Positions 1 through 13,207 of a stretch of DNA of 64,000 nt are shown here, one piece after another (the first letter of the stretch is position 1; each line of letters starts with the position of its first letter). The stretch spans positions 5,110,691-5,174,690 of the forward strand of contig MU058824.1 in NCBI GenBank assembly GCA_013265495.1. The letters run 5' to 3'. The stretch is from Vicugna vicugna (Eukaryota). The notes beneath the pieces are model-generated. The model did not search any database. It worked only from the letters and a program-made list of their open reading frames with translations, and was not told the DNA's origin. Both the position numbers and the translations under genes were made by a program.

Positions 1-255
1 ATTTTATATACATATACAACATGAAATAATCACCACAATCAAGCTAATTAACATTCATCACCACCTCCCAGTTATCATTTTCTCTTGGGGAGGGAGGCAG
101 AGGAAGGTGTTGAGAACACTTAAGATCCACCCTCTTAGCAAATTTCAAGTGTAATACTTGTTAACTATTGACACATTTTTGCACATTAGATCTCCAGAAA
201 TTATTTATTTTGCATAACTGAAACTGTGAACCCCCTGACCAACATCTCCCTATAT
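1..255 (-). mobile_element. Old L1 3'UTR fragment
   Basis: Typical L1M 3'-end text (CACAATCAAGCTAATTAACA...CATTAGATCTCCAGAA...ATAACTGAAACT). Confidence 0.65.
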
Positions 256-1389
256 TGCTTTTTAATAATTTAATGAAGCTAGTGAATTTAATTAAGTGAA
301 TAAATCAAATGAAATTCATGCTTTTTTGAAAGACTGCTCTTAATTCATAGCAAGTATGGAGAGAAGGACATAATAATTAAAGGCCAGCCTTACCTGGTGA
401 ACCCTGGAATTTGGCTCTTTTAACTGTAAGAGAGAAAAAAAGAACACCATGAAGAATTTTTGCAAATTAATTTATTTAACCAGCATTTCTTGAGTAACTA
501 CTATGTGCCAAGATTAGACTTAAAAATCTAGCCCTACGTCTAAGTCATTAGAGAAAAAAAGCTGGGACTTCTGATCAAAGCTTGAAGGCAGAGAGTTAGA
601 ACATCCCTTAAAAGTAATCCAATTTAATCTCATACTCAATGCAGAAATCTCTCACAGCCTCCTAACAAGGAGGCAGAGGGAACTAAATTACTCCTGTGGC
701 AAGCAACCAATTTCATGTCATATATCTTTTAAGGTTTAAATTATCTATGTTCTTTATTTAAAACCCAACATAGAAAATTCCCTCATTCCATTCAGGCTAA
801 GAGAAGGGCACAGCAGGCTAAATCTAGACAATAGGTTTTAAACAAGAGTGAGAAGTAACTTCTTTCTGGGAATAAGCAGATCTCAAGAATTCCTTTCCAA
901 ATGATCACAAAGAACTCTGTTTCCAAAACCTCAGTGGAGAACTGCAAAAGATAGAATCCCACACTGGGACTCCAGCATGCTATCTCTTAGGAAAGGTCAA
1001 AGACTATACCTGCAGGAAAACTGCTAAGCTCTAGAAAGCGTCAGCTATCTTTCTGTCAATGATGATTAGGGCTAAGTGCCAAAAGGTGGGGGGGGTGGGA
1101 TTCCAAGACATAATGCCTGAAAAAGATACTCAGAGTACAGATCTGCCATTCTCCTTGCCCTGCATTACAGCTGAAAGCTCACCTTAGCTGACATCCAAGC
1201 CCTGCTTTTTCCAAGAGATGGGTGATTCAGTACCTTTGACAAGGTCCTCTCTATTCTCCTCTCCACTAGCAGCACTTAGTGCTAAAATCTATTTGTTTTT
1301 ATTGAATCAAAATATGTCTCCTCTGGACTGCCCCTTGTGGTCTCGTGTCAATTACCCTTTCCAATTATTCTTCAATAATTTCATTTAAT

Positions 1390-1700
1390 TCAAGATTTAC
1401 TGTAAAAGCTACAGTAATCAAGACAGTGTGGCAGGGGCACAAAAATAGACATAGACCAATAGACTAAAATATATATACATATAAATATATAAAATCGACT
1501 GTATAATGTTATTATAAAAACATATATCCTTATCTCATACCACATGCAAAATCTAACTTGAAATGAATTACTACTAGAACTAAATATAAGAGCTAAAACT
1601 ATAAAACATCTAGAAGAAAACATAAGAGAAAATCTTAATGACCTTGGGGGGTGTTAGGCAAAGATTTCTTAAACTGGATACAAAAAACATGACAAAAGCC
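1390..1700 (+). mobile_element. Old L1 ORF2 fragment
   Basis: AAAGCTACAGTAATCAAGACAGTGTGG...CTAGAAGAAAACATAAGAGAAAATCTT, a degenerate ORF2 match. Confidence 0.7.
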
Positions 1701-4700
1701 CACACTTCCTGCAGTTCACAGCTTTCTCCCTGCAATACAGTATTAGTACTAAATCCACACCAACTGAACCAGCTAATGCTTCAATTTATGCCCACACGAA
1801 CCAAAGCAAAGGAAAATTCTGAAAAATATAGTGATGTGCATAGAGTAAACAAAACCAAGTTGCAAACCAGTAATATATATCTGATTTCATTCATGCATAA
1901 ACATTTCTGAAAGTCTTTAAATATCATTGCTAAGCTTCCACTTTATTTCATATCTATTTATCAAAACTTAAAGGGAATACTGATGAAGTATACGTAACTA
2001 TGCTACCCTGTTCTTGGGAAAAAATAACCTAATTTCTCAAAGAATCAAAGCTACTTCTCAAACCAAAAGACAAACAACTACTTACGTCAAACTTTAACTA
2101 ACAAAGCCAATGACTAATTCTAAAGTAAACAGAGTCCAGGTTATAACTGAGCATGTACAAATGCTCAAATATATATATTTAAATGTTTTCTAAATAAATA
2201 CACCTCAGTCGGAATAGAGTTTACATTAACACACAATCAGATTTCTATGGTTACTGTTTATCAGAAATAATTCTGGCTTGGTTATACAGACAGCACAAGG
2301 TCAGTCTAGCCATCTATCCACCTAATTCCTTCATTAGACAGTTTGTTCAGGCTATAGTACAGTGAAAGGAAAATCTGGACATTATTTGATTCATTCAGCT
2401 TAATGTTTTAACTTCAATTATAGTAAAACCATTATAGTAAAATCTCTTATCTTGCACATAAATCATAACTACTTCTTGGTCTTTATTAAAATCCATTAAA
2501 TATCCCATAGGGAAGCCAACAGGTTATTAAATTGCTGATATATAGCAGATATATACACACATTAAACAAAATCTAATGTTTACTGAGCATTACTTATTAT
2601 GTGAAAGATTCTGTGGTCCTGCTTAAGACATCTCAAACTAGTTACAAGCTAGAATTCAAGTCGTTAATGTATGTGTGTGTGTGTGTACACACGTGGACAC
2701 ATACACACATGTGGTGTGGTTCTTAGTAACTTACCTCTCTTCTCCAGTTGTAACAAAAAGTATAGCCCTAGACCTCAAGAAAGGTAGCAAGTTTTCAGGA
2801 CATGATGGAAACAGCATTTAAAGATTATAGCAAGAAACATCTGTTAATACCCTAAAAGGAGAACAAAGGTTGTAAGTGACTTTAGATTGGCGTTCTGATA
2901 GAAATGGCTGGGTCACTCCAATGAAAGCAACAGATACTGACACCACAAAGACACAGTCCTCAAATATCAAATATTGGTGTCATTTCATTTCAGTGATTTA
3001 TTGTGATTTCATTATAGTGATCTCTTAACTGTAAGCAGATTGGAATCATTGATGCAGCAATTAATACATTCCCTTGTCTGTTTTATTTGGGTTTTTATAC
3101 ACATTTTCAAATACCTTATAAACTGTCATAATTTCAAATGAAGCACTACATTGGCACCTCTTAGCTTATCAGAAGCGTTTAGCTTACTAGACGCTTCTAC
3201 AAGATTCTTTCCAGTTTTCAAAAATTAAAGATATAAACCCAGAGAACCATGTCAAATTCTACTCTATATGGTAATATTCCACTAGGAAAAAAAAATCAGG
3301 GTAAAGTGTATATAAAGTATGATACAATTTTGTGTAAAGGAAAAAAGTTTACATATATAAACACAATACAGAGAAGACTGATGGAATTACAATTTTTTTC
3401 TCTTGATGTATTTTCCAAAATTTTCAAAGTGAGCATATATTGTTCCTATAATGAGGAAAATAAATTGTCACCAAACCTTTCTCTACCATCCCCTAGATGA
3501 AATCTGTTCTATTTTAGTTTTAGTCTATAATGTCACATCATATTTTGTCCTATATCACAGTTACAGTCTCTCATACCTGTCTTCCCTGCAAACTGGTTGA
3601 AGAATGGACCACAACTGCTTATCTTTGTAAGCAACATAATATAGTGTATACAATGATGTCTAATATGTGTTCTTGAAGGCTGTATTGTGCTTCAGATGAA
3701 AACAATAAGGCATATTAGGCTAATTTGATACAGAGCACAGGACAAACTTTGAACTTTAGTCTCTTGAATAAACTCCCGTTGAATCCACAACAAAAACTAA
3801 TACATACACTAAATGATAGATAGATATTCCAACATGATAGTTTTCTTAGTCAGATACAGTCAAGACTAATAGATGCTAAAATCTTCTAGTATCAGTTGCC
3901 TAAGAACAGCCAACCAGGACTTTGCCAGACCTAGCCAAGTAGGAAAATTTACAATTTTATCTCTTAAGTTGATTTAGTATATAATGTCCCAACATAATGA
4001 TTACCTTTCTCATTTTACATGAAAGGTAGTTGTATTTCAGTGGCACAAGTATCATCTTGCCCACTTGACAAAAGATAATTAAGAGAAGAGAGAAAATTTT
4101 AGTCTTAACCTAGTGAGACTCAAAAAACAGTTCTCCTGAATTCAAAATCCTGGATTTTCCATTATACTATAGGTCCTCCCAAGGGGAAAAAAAAAAAAGG
4201 AATTTAAGTTGTGAACACTATTAAACTAGAGCCATAATGAACTCTCCAGTCTATAAAACACCTGCTATAATGTTGCCCCTGAAAACATCCCAAGCAAACA
4301 GAAACCATAGCTAGAGTGAGACTGTTTCACAGCCAATAGTGCACAAAACCATCTTCCCCTAAACTTAATAAGACTTTTTCATGTTTCAAAGCACTATCCT
4401 ATATTATTAATTTTATAGTTTGTAGTTTATAGTTAGTCAGAAAAATCTAAATTCATGTTTACAGTACATAAAAGTACTAACTTCCGTGGGCCAAATGCCC
4501 TTATATGTAAAATGAGAATAATAAAGATAAACAAAGTTATTACAAGACTTAAATTATTAATCCGTATCTGCCTATTAGCAGAGAGGTTGACAAAGAGTAA
4601 GGGCTCATAAAATGTTAGCTTCAGTATTCCATCGATTCTAAAATGATAGGACATTTTCTCCTATTTTAATAACTTTGAAATCAAAATGTGTTTTACAATC

Positions 4701-5649
4701 AATGATGTATCATAGATCAATAGCATTTTTTCTTATGATACATAAAATGATACTTCTTACAATCTCTGGGATCTTACAGTTGATAAAAATGCAGTATACT
4801 ATGATGATGCTGACTGAGTAAATGTTTACCCTGCCACCATTCCTCCACCCAACAGATCCACAAAGAATAGACCAAATCTATACCTCTAACCCTGATCTCC
4901 CAAGTCATGTTTCAAACTGTAATATGTGGACAGATTGGCAGCATCTCAAATTTAACAGACCCAAAACCAAAATCATCATCTCCTTAGAAGCTATTCTTTG
5001 CTTCCCATCCCAATTAATGACACCATAAAGAAAAACCTGACTCCACCTTTACTCCTTCCTCTTCCTCTCCCAGCTGAGGCCTTTTCTGTCTCTCAGTTGG
5101 AATCGAACACTCCATCTCTGAACCCCATTTTATTTTGTACCTCTATTTTAGAAATTACCACACTGTATCTTGCAACATATTTAGTTCTACATATGGCTGT
5201 CTCCCCATCTTGGCTCTCAGTTTCTTGAGGACAAGGCCCATTTTCTACTCATGTTTCTATACCCTGGTAATTAGTTCAATGCCTCACCCATAGCAAAGTG
5301 CTCAATAAATGTTTATGGACATGATCACATCCTCTTTGTTAATAAGTTTGAGAATACTTAAGCCTCTATAGAGGAAAAAAAGGGAACAGCCAAGAATAAA
5401 AGTGACTATAGTTACAAAGGAATTTTACACACATGATCTCATTTAGAGTTTAATTCTCAACTCTGAGGTACACTGAACAAATAGTAACACTTCATTTTTT
5501 AATTGTGGCTTAACAGTCAAGAGGCTGGCCAAAAGTTTTCTGTGGTAGAAAAAAGAATTCAAACTCAAATCCAATTACAAATTCTGTGCTTCAGTCTATA
5601 AATTTTTATCCTTCTGCCCCTCCCCCTCAGTCTCATTCTCACTAACTTT

Positions 5650-7570
5650 CCACCCCAATGTGGCCGACAGGCCCTCTGGTTGTGCCCTACCTATCTCCCC
5701 AGTTTCATCCTGACCCATGTTTTCCCTTCCTGTGTGCATGCCAGCTGTATTTGCCCTCTTTCAGCTCCTCCTCCTCACAAGGCCTTTGCACATACTGTTT
5801 CCTCTGCCTAGAATATTCTTCTTTCCTTGCCTAAGGCCTCCTCTTCTTCCAGATCTCAGTTCAATCTTCACTTCATTTGTTAAGGCTTCTCTGACCTGAG
5901 TAGGTAACTTTCCCTATCACATGGTCTCATAACAACATGTACTCTCTTATAGCACAAATCATCATTGTATTTTTTTCCTAGTTGTAATTTTAAATTAATT
6001 TGTATGATTCTTCTTTGCTTAATGTCTAGCTCCCTCCCTATACAACTTCCAGGAAGGCAAGGGGTTTTTTAAAATCACAATGCTGCCCCAGGTACCTGGC
6101 ATAATAACTGCTGAAAGAATGAATGAATGAAACCTTTAGCACTCTCTTTAAGCTTGCTAAATCATCCTCACCTCCTCACTTTACAAAGAAATCATTTATC
6201 TTCTCCACTTACCCCCATTTCATCTTGACTTTGTTCTTCATACAGATCTCTTCCCTTCAAGCTCCAAACATTCAAATTTGCTCTTTCTAAAGACCACTCT
6301 CAACCCTCCTCTTTACTGCAAAACTTCTGAATGAGTAGCCTATACTTGCTGATTTCACTTAATCATTTCTCCAATACTCCTCAACCACTGTAATATGATG
6401 CCTACACTCATACTGCTCTAGTTTTCAAATCCAATGACCTTGTAATTTTTTTTTATCCTCAACCAGTACCTTTCATCTCTATCATCTGATCATTCCTTCT
6501 TCAAACTCCCTCTAGTCTAGACTTCAGACACTGACACAGCATCTCTATTTTCCTGCAGTTCTGACCATACCTATCAATTCTTCTGCCCATTGTCTTAGCT
6601 ACAGCATAAGCTCATTTTTCTCCTCTTTTATCCTCTATATGCAATTTTATTCAAGCTATTTTATTTGATTTTACTACCAACTACCTACAACTCCTAAATA
6701 TTTATCTCTAACACAGGTTTCTCTGTAAAGCTATAGAACCTACATTTTCAGGTACCATTTTCAGCAGTCATCTGCAACGAGACTGATACTTCTAAACTCA
6801 ACATATTTTATAGACAATTTATCTTACAGACACCGTAAACTCAACTGAACCTAACAACTTTCCTTCCTCTCTATGTATTTTCTTCCTCAAAGAAGTCTAG
6901 GATGACTTCCTGACGTAGTTAAACAGATGTCATAGAGCTGGAGGAAGACCATTAATACTATTTCTATATTAAAATAAGTGCTCAGTCTATTCCTGGGACA
7001 GTACTAATCATTTTTACAATTACCTCAGCAATACTTCGCTATAGATACTTTCACCATCTCTAGAGCTACAAGCCACTATTCACCTCTCACCTGAACACTC
7101 CAAGCAGGCACCTGCTTCCAGTGTTGCTAGCCATGGCTTCCTACCCCAATCCATTCACCACAAACTGACCACTTGTAAAATATATATCAAAGCATCACTG
7201 TTACTTACAATCATTCGATGGCTTCCAATGCTGTATATCACTCTTCTTTCCAATAACCCCTTCTTTTTCTCCTTCCACTCACAGTATTTGCTTCCAGTTC
7301 ACTTTGCCTGAAAAATTTACCTCTGATCTCTGACTGATGGTTCCTTCTCATCATTCAGGTCTCAGCTCAAATGTCACCTTCTCACTGAGGCCTTCCTGTA
7401 CAACACTACTTCAAATAGCTCTCCCACTCGGATCACTCTCAATCCCTTTATCCTACTTTTTCATCTTCACTGTACTCATTATCTGAAATTATATTATTTT
7501 TTGTGTGTATTGTCCTTTAATAGAATGAAACTCCATTAAGAATAGGAGCTTCATAAATACTTTGAATGGA
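5650..7570 (+). mobile_element. LINE-2 3' remnants (several fragments)
   Basis: GGCCTTTGCACATACTGTTTCCTCTGCCTAGAAT, GGTCTCAGCTCAAATGTCACCTTCTCA and a (GAAT)n terminus at ~6117-6130. Confidence 0.6.
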
Positions 7571-7799
7571 TATATGAATCTTAAAGAAGTACAAATCAAG
7601 GTTCAATCAGTTTAAGTAACACATATAAGGATATACAACTTATAAGTGGTGGAGCTGATATATTCACCAACTCAGGTCTGCCTAAATCCAAATTTCTAAC
7701 ATCTGCACCGCTCTAGTAAAGTATACTGAGAATAAAAGCTAGACAGACAGACTGAAGAATATAATCAGATAGTCAGGTGGTGAAGTTTAAAATTATAAA

Positions 7800-7975
7800 A
7801 TCAGAGTATAGTACATGGAACTATATTCAATAGATCGTAATAACCTATAAAGAAAAAGAATATATTTGTATATATAACTGAATCACTATGTTGTATACCA
7901 GAAACTAACACAACATTGTAAATCAACTATACTTCAATTAAAAAACAAATAAATAAGTGATCATACAAAAAAAAT
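7800..7975 (+). mobile_element. L1 3' terminal fragment
   Basis: TATAACTGAATCACTATGTTGTATACCAGAAACTAACACAACATTGTAAATCAACTATACTTCAAT plus an A tail. Confidence 0.75.
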
Positions 7976-9199
7976 TATAAAAGCAGACCACCATTCCACA
8001 TAGTGACATGTTCTATGATATGATCATGGATGTTGATGGCTGAAATGAGGTGAACAGAGGTTTATATCTGTATCATTTACCCCCCTCTCCTTGGCAAGCA
8101 GATTTCCTTCATCCATCTGCAGATGAAGTCTCTACAAATTTGGCTCAAAATTGACAGAAAACAAATGAGCTAGCCCTTGGAATCATCTTTATTCCACTTT
8201 GAATCACATGTAAAAGCAATTACCTTTCCATTGCCCAGCTCCTCAGTTGCTAGACAGATCTTCCTTACTCCCTGTCCTCTAGCCTCTTCTCAATATCACA
8301 CACAGTGAAACACTACAGAAATTAATAAACAGCTGCAAGAGAAAATTAATAGCCTAACACAATCTACAGGCCTATTTGTTCTCCACAGTCCCAAATAAGT
8401 ACTAAGTACTTAATGCACAGAAATAGAAGAAACAGAAGCAGCGCCAGGGGAAAAAAAGGGGATGTCTTTATTTCCAAACGACTAAGAACTGACTTTCCCT
8501 ATTCAGATAATTGTTCAGGAGAAAACAGTTTCTATAACATACACCCTAGCACAAACTTTCTCCTGTTGTATTTTCACCACGTATTTTATCACTATGGGGT
8601 TCACTAGCACCAAAAAAGAAACCACCATGACTCTTTTTCCTTTGATGTCATGGGCTTCTCTTAAATGTTTGGTGGATAGTTGCTTTTGGAGACTACATTT
8701 GAGAATCAACAACTCATTTTTACTGAAGAAGACAAACAGAAGAATGAAATAATTTCCTTTATGAAGCTGAACACAAAATTCTACCACATGCCTACATCTT
8801 TATTTCATTTCTCATTAACCACAGAAAAGACCACAATAAAGCAGGAAATGCGAAGTTGTTTATCTAACTTTCCTTACCAGGAGCAGCTACACTTAAGGAT
8901 TCCGTACAGAAGGAAATACGTTATTTTTCAAGAACCTTAGGAAAATGGATTTCACTACTTTTCTCTGACAGTTCAAATCTCACCAAGAAATTTTCCTTTA
9001 TGTTCAATCTAAATTACTCCTGCAATAACTTAAATGCCTCTAACTTTTTCCCCACTTAATTCAACTTACACATGGTCACCAGATTAACACACACAGTAAA
9101 GCAGTGCTTTCATTGGGTAGATTCAAATTTAACAAACCTGTACAATGACACTGTCTTAGACACTCTGAGATACATATATTACTTCATTTAATCTTCACA

Positions 9200-11100
9200 A
9201 CAATCCTATTTGCAGGATATTTAAATAGTTTTTAAGCGTCTCCCACAAGGTGTTTATTAGTTGCAGGGGAGTGGAGAATAAACAGGAGAGAAATCACGTA
9301 ATATCTGACTGAGTAGTCAAAATTAACATCACCAGTGAAAGACAGTCAACGTGTGCTTTCTGATGTGATACCCTGAGAAGGACACACCATCAACTATGTA
9401 GTATTCCAATACAGGATCATTAATATCACACAAACCCCAAGTAAGGAACACTCCACTAGAAAAGGAGAGAGGTTGTATCCTTTCTAAAATGCCAATTTTT
9501 AAAAAAAATTTAAAGGCTGTAAAAATGTTCCATATTGAAGGAAGTTAAAGAGACATGACCACTGAACATAATAGCAACTCTCAGACTGGATACTGCACTA
9601 GGAAGAGAAAGATGCTGTAATGGACATTTGACAAAACTGGAATATAAATAGCAGACTAAAAGTACTGTTATTATTGCTAAATTTACTAAAAGAGATAACT
9701 GTACTATGGTTATGTCACTTTCTTCTTAGGAAATACACTATGAAGTACCTGGGGGTAGAAAGCCATAATGTCTGTAACTTATCCTTAAATGATTGTTGTC
9801 TGTAGTATTTTTATATTTGCAAATTTTCCATAAGTCTGAAATTATTTCTAGATAAAGTTTTTTTAATTACTGACATCAGAAAACATGTGAAAATGGAGCT
9901 TGATGAAAAAAGAAAAATGGACAGAGCGAATGGTCAAACAGTATGTAACTGTATGGGGGAAAATCTGAAAAGATGTACGTCAAAATACTAACAGTGAGAG
10001 GCTCCTAATGGCCAAACATGGACAATTTGCAATATCAATAAGTTAACAATCACATGGATTAAAGCACATCAAATATGCTTAAATCTATGGCTTCATAATA
10101 ATACTGAAAACAACAGCAACTAATTGGTCACTGTTGGAGGACACTAAGGGACCAAATCATTATTTTCAAAATTGGTAAATAAAAAGAAAGAAGCATTTAT
10201 CCTGATTTTCTTATAAAAACTCATTTGGTAGCTAAATAATGAATATGAGGAAGTTTCTCTTTATTGAAATATTCCAACTAAAAAAGTGAAGGAATAATTA
10301 AATTAGAATGTCACTATTTTACAGCCCCTAACTGACAGACTAAAGCATCAGCAGGCCTGAACACTGCAAAAAAGAGAGAGGGAGAACATTAGACAATCTG
10401 GGTCTTCTAGTGAAGGACCCAATACCACCCATGAAGTAGGTGTCACAAAAAAAAAAAAAAAGAAAGAAAGAAAGGAATAAAGAAAAGGAAAAACAACCTC
10501 AAGCCTCTAAATCTAACATTAACATTATAGGAAATATCTACAAGGCTGAAGAACATCTTAAACTATGCCACAGAAATACAGATCAGCAAAGTCCAGACTG
10601 GGAAACATGACAAATGATCCAGTTTCTTCAATAAATAAATTGCAAAGAACAAAAAAGTGTAAGGGAGATGGAGATGAAACCTATAGATTAAAAGAGACAT
10701 AAAAAGACCTATCAACCAATAGCAATGTGTGGGTATAACTGTGGTCTTTATTCAAACACTCGACTGAAAAAAAGAAAAAAACATTCATGAACCAATTCAA
10801 ACACCAGATATTTAACGGAATTAAGGAATTTTCTAAAATGTGATAGCGGTTTTGTGGCTATGTTTTTTTAATCCTTATCTTTTGGAGATACACACTAAAA
10901 TATTTATAGATGAAGTGATACGATATGGTGTACAAATTTGTTTCAAAATAGTATAGAAAGGAGGAAGAATGGATGGAATTTTTTTTAAAAATGAAAATGT
11001 TGAATCTGGATAACAGGAGCCTACAGATTGATTATACTGTTTTATGTTCTATTTACTTTCCTATGTTTTAAATTCTCTAATTAAAAGGTTAAAAAAAATA
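9200..11100 (+). mobile_element. Old L1 (L1MC/L1MD-like) 3' regions
   Basis: Degenerate old-L1 3'UTR motifs (TTAAAGAGACATGAC, CCTTATCTTTTGGAGATACACACTAAAATATTTATAGATGAA). Confidence 0.55.
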
Positions 11101-11503
11101 TTAACAGTAGTATTGAGGGATAAGACTTTAAGTGACTTTTGGTTTAAAAAGTTTTTTAAAATATTAACAGAGGTATTGAGGGTTACCATTTAAATGATTT
11201 TGGGTTTTTGGTCTTTATTTTGTTTTGCCTTAACACTTTCCCATAGTTTCAAGTCATCTTCACTTGGCCTATATTACTGACAAAAGCTCTGTGACAGGAG
11301 AGACCAGATCTGTCTTGTTCACCTCTACATTCTCAGTGTGCCTAATGGTACCTAATAAAAACTTGTTAAATGAATAACCTCTCTTTAGAAAAATTATATT
11401 CCCTTTTAAAAGTATGTAATACCACTAAATTCAGGGGCTATGCTATTATCTTTTTTCTGCATTGTAAACATGAACTATATTTCTTTCAATAAAGTGAGGG
11501 CCT

Positions 11504-12443
11504 AGACCTAAACAAGCAATTCTCCAAGGAAGACATACAAATGATCAAAAAACACATGAAAAAATGCTCAATATCACTAATTATCAGAGAAATGCAAATC
11601 AAAACTACAATGAGGTATCACCTCACACCAGTCAGAATGGCCGTCATTCAAAAATCCAAAAATGACAAATGCTGGAGAGGCTGTGGAGAAAGGGGAACCC
11701 TCCTACACTGCTGGTGGGAATGCAGTTTGGTGCAGCCACTATGGAAAACAGTGTGGAGATTCCTCAAAAGACTAGGAATAGACTTACCATATGACCCAGG
11801 AATCCCACTCCTGGGCTTGTATCCAGAAGGAAATCTACTTCAGGATGACACCTGCACTCCAATGTTCATAGTAGCACTATTTACAATAGCCAAAACATGG
11901 AAACAGCCTAAGTGTCCATCAATAGGTGACTGGATAAAGAAGATGTGGTATATTTATACAATGGAATACTACTCAGCCATAAAAACCAACAACATAACAC
12001 CATTTGCAGCAACATGGATGCTCCTAGAGAATGTCATTCTAAGTGAAGTAAGCCAGAAAGAGAAAGAAAAATACCATATGAGATCGCTCATATGTGGAAT
12101 CTAAAAAACAAAAACAAACAAACAAACAAAAACAAAGCATAAATACAGGACAGAAATAGACTCATGGACAGAGAATACAGACTTGTGGTTACCAGGGGGG
12201 TAGAGGGTGGGAAGGGATAGACTGGGATTTCAAAATTGTAGAATAGATAAACAAGATTACACTGTATAGCACAGGGAAATATACACAAAATGTTATGATA
12301 AATCACAGAGAAAAAAATGTGACAATGAGTGTGTATATGTCCATGAATGACTGAAAAATTGTGCTGAACACTGGAATTTGACACAACATTGTAAAATGAT
12401 TATAAATCAATAAAAAATGTTAAAAAAAATAAAATAAAATAAA
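11504..12443 (+). mobile_element. Young 5'-truncated LINE-1 (ORF2 C-terminus, 3'UTR, A-rich tail)
   Basis: Uninterrupted 187-aa ORF2 end with the Cys/His motif [18 protein letters not shown]. Perfect 16-bp TSD AATAAAGTGAGGGCCT at 11488-11503 and 12444-12459. Confidence 0.95.
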
Positions 12444-13050
12444 AATAAAGTGAGGGCCTCAAATTTTATTCTTAAATGTGAGATATTTTGAGCATAATGG
12501 ACTTCTTCAGGTTATTAAAAAAAAAAAGACATTATCAAGCCTACAGGATTAACATGTAAAAAACATGTATTAATGCCTGGCCAAATGCTGAGAACTAAGG
12601 GCCATTCAATTCTCTTTAAAAAAAAATGAATATCATAAATACAGTTACAAGGAAGGTAAACTGACAGATTTTGGGAAACTGTTTTATATTATCAACTAAG
12701 GTTGGACATATACATAGCTAATAACAGAGAAATTTTAATCCCAGATATACATATACTCATCAGAAATACATATGAGGTAGGGCCAAAAGATACAAAATAT
12801 AAGAATATCTGGAGTGGTACTATAAATGATAATCCAAAATGGAAAAAAAATTAATGTCCAGGAAAGGTAAATAAGCTGTGGCATATTCATAAAATGAGAT
12901 ATTACACAGCAATAAAAATCAATAAACTACTGCTATATACATCAAGTGGAAGCATCTGACAAGCACAATGCTAGGCATAAGCAGTTAGCCCACAAGAAAT
13001 ATTGTATAATTCCATTTATGAAAAGCTCAATATCTCAATTATACCTGAAT

Positions 13051-13207
13051 TTATTTTGTTTCTTTTTGGGGGGTGGAGGGGCAGGGGCAATTAGGTTTAT
13101 TTGTTTATGTATGTATGTATTTATTTAAATGGAGGTACTGGGAATTGAACCCAGGGCCTCATGCATGCTAAGCCCTCATTCTACCACTGAGCTATATACC
13201 CTCCCCC
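13051..13207 (-). mobile_element. tRNA-Ala-derived SINE (camelid vic-1-like)
   Basis: Reverse complement reads TATAGCTCAGTGGTAGA...CTTAGCATGCATGAGGCCCTGGGTTCAATTCCCAGTACCTCCA (A/B boxes) plus an A-rich tail. Confidence 0.85.

Noticed and set aside
11541..12104. 187-aa ORF as a host gene
   Set aside because: It is the L1 ORF2 C-terminus of a 5'-truncated copy with no promoter.
13130..13207. Possible tRNA-Ala genes (also ~15372, ~34399, ~35520, ~54771)
   Set aside because: Mismatched stems, A-rich tails and TSDs show these are SINE copies.
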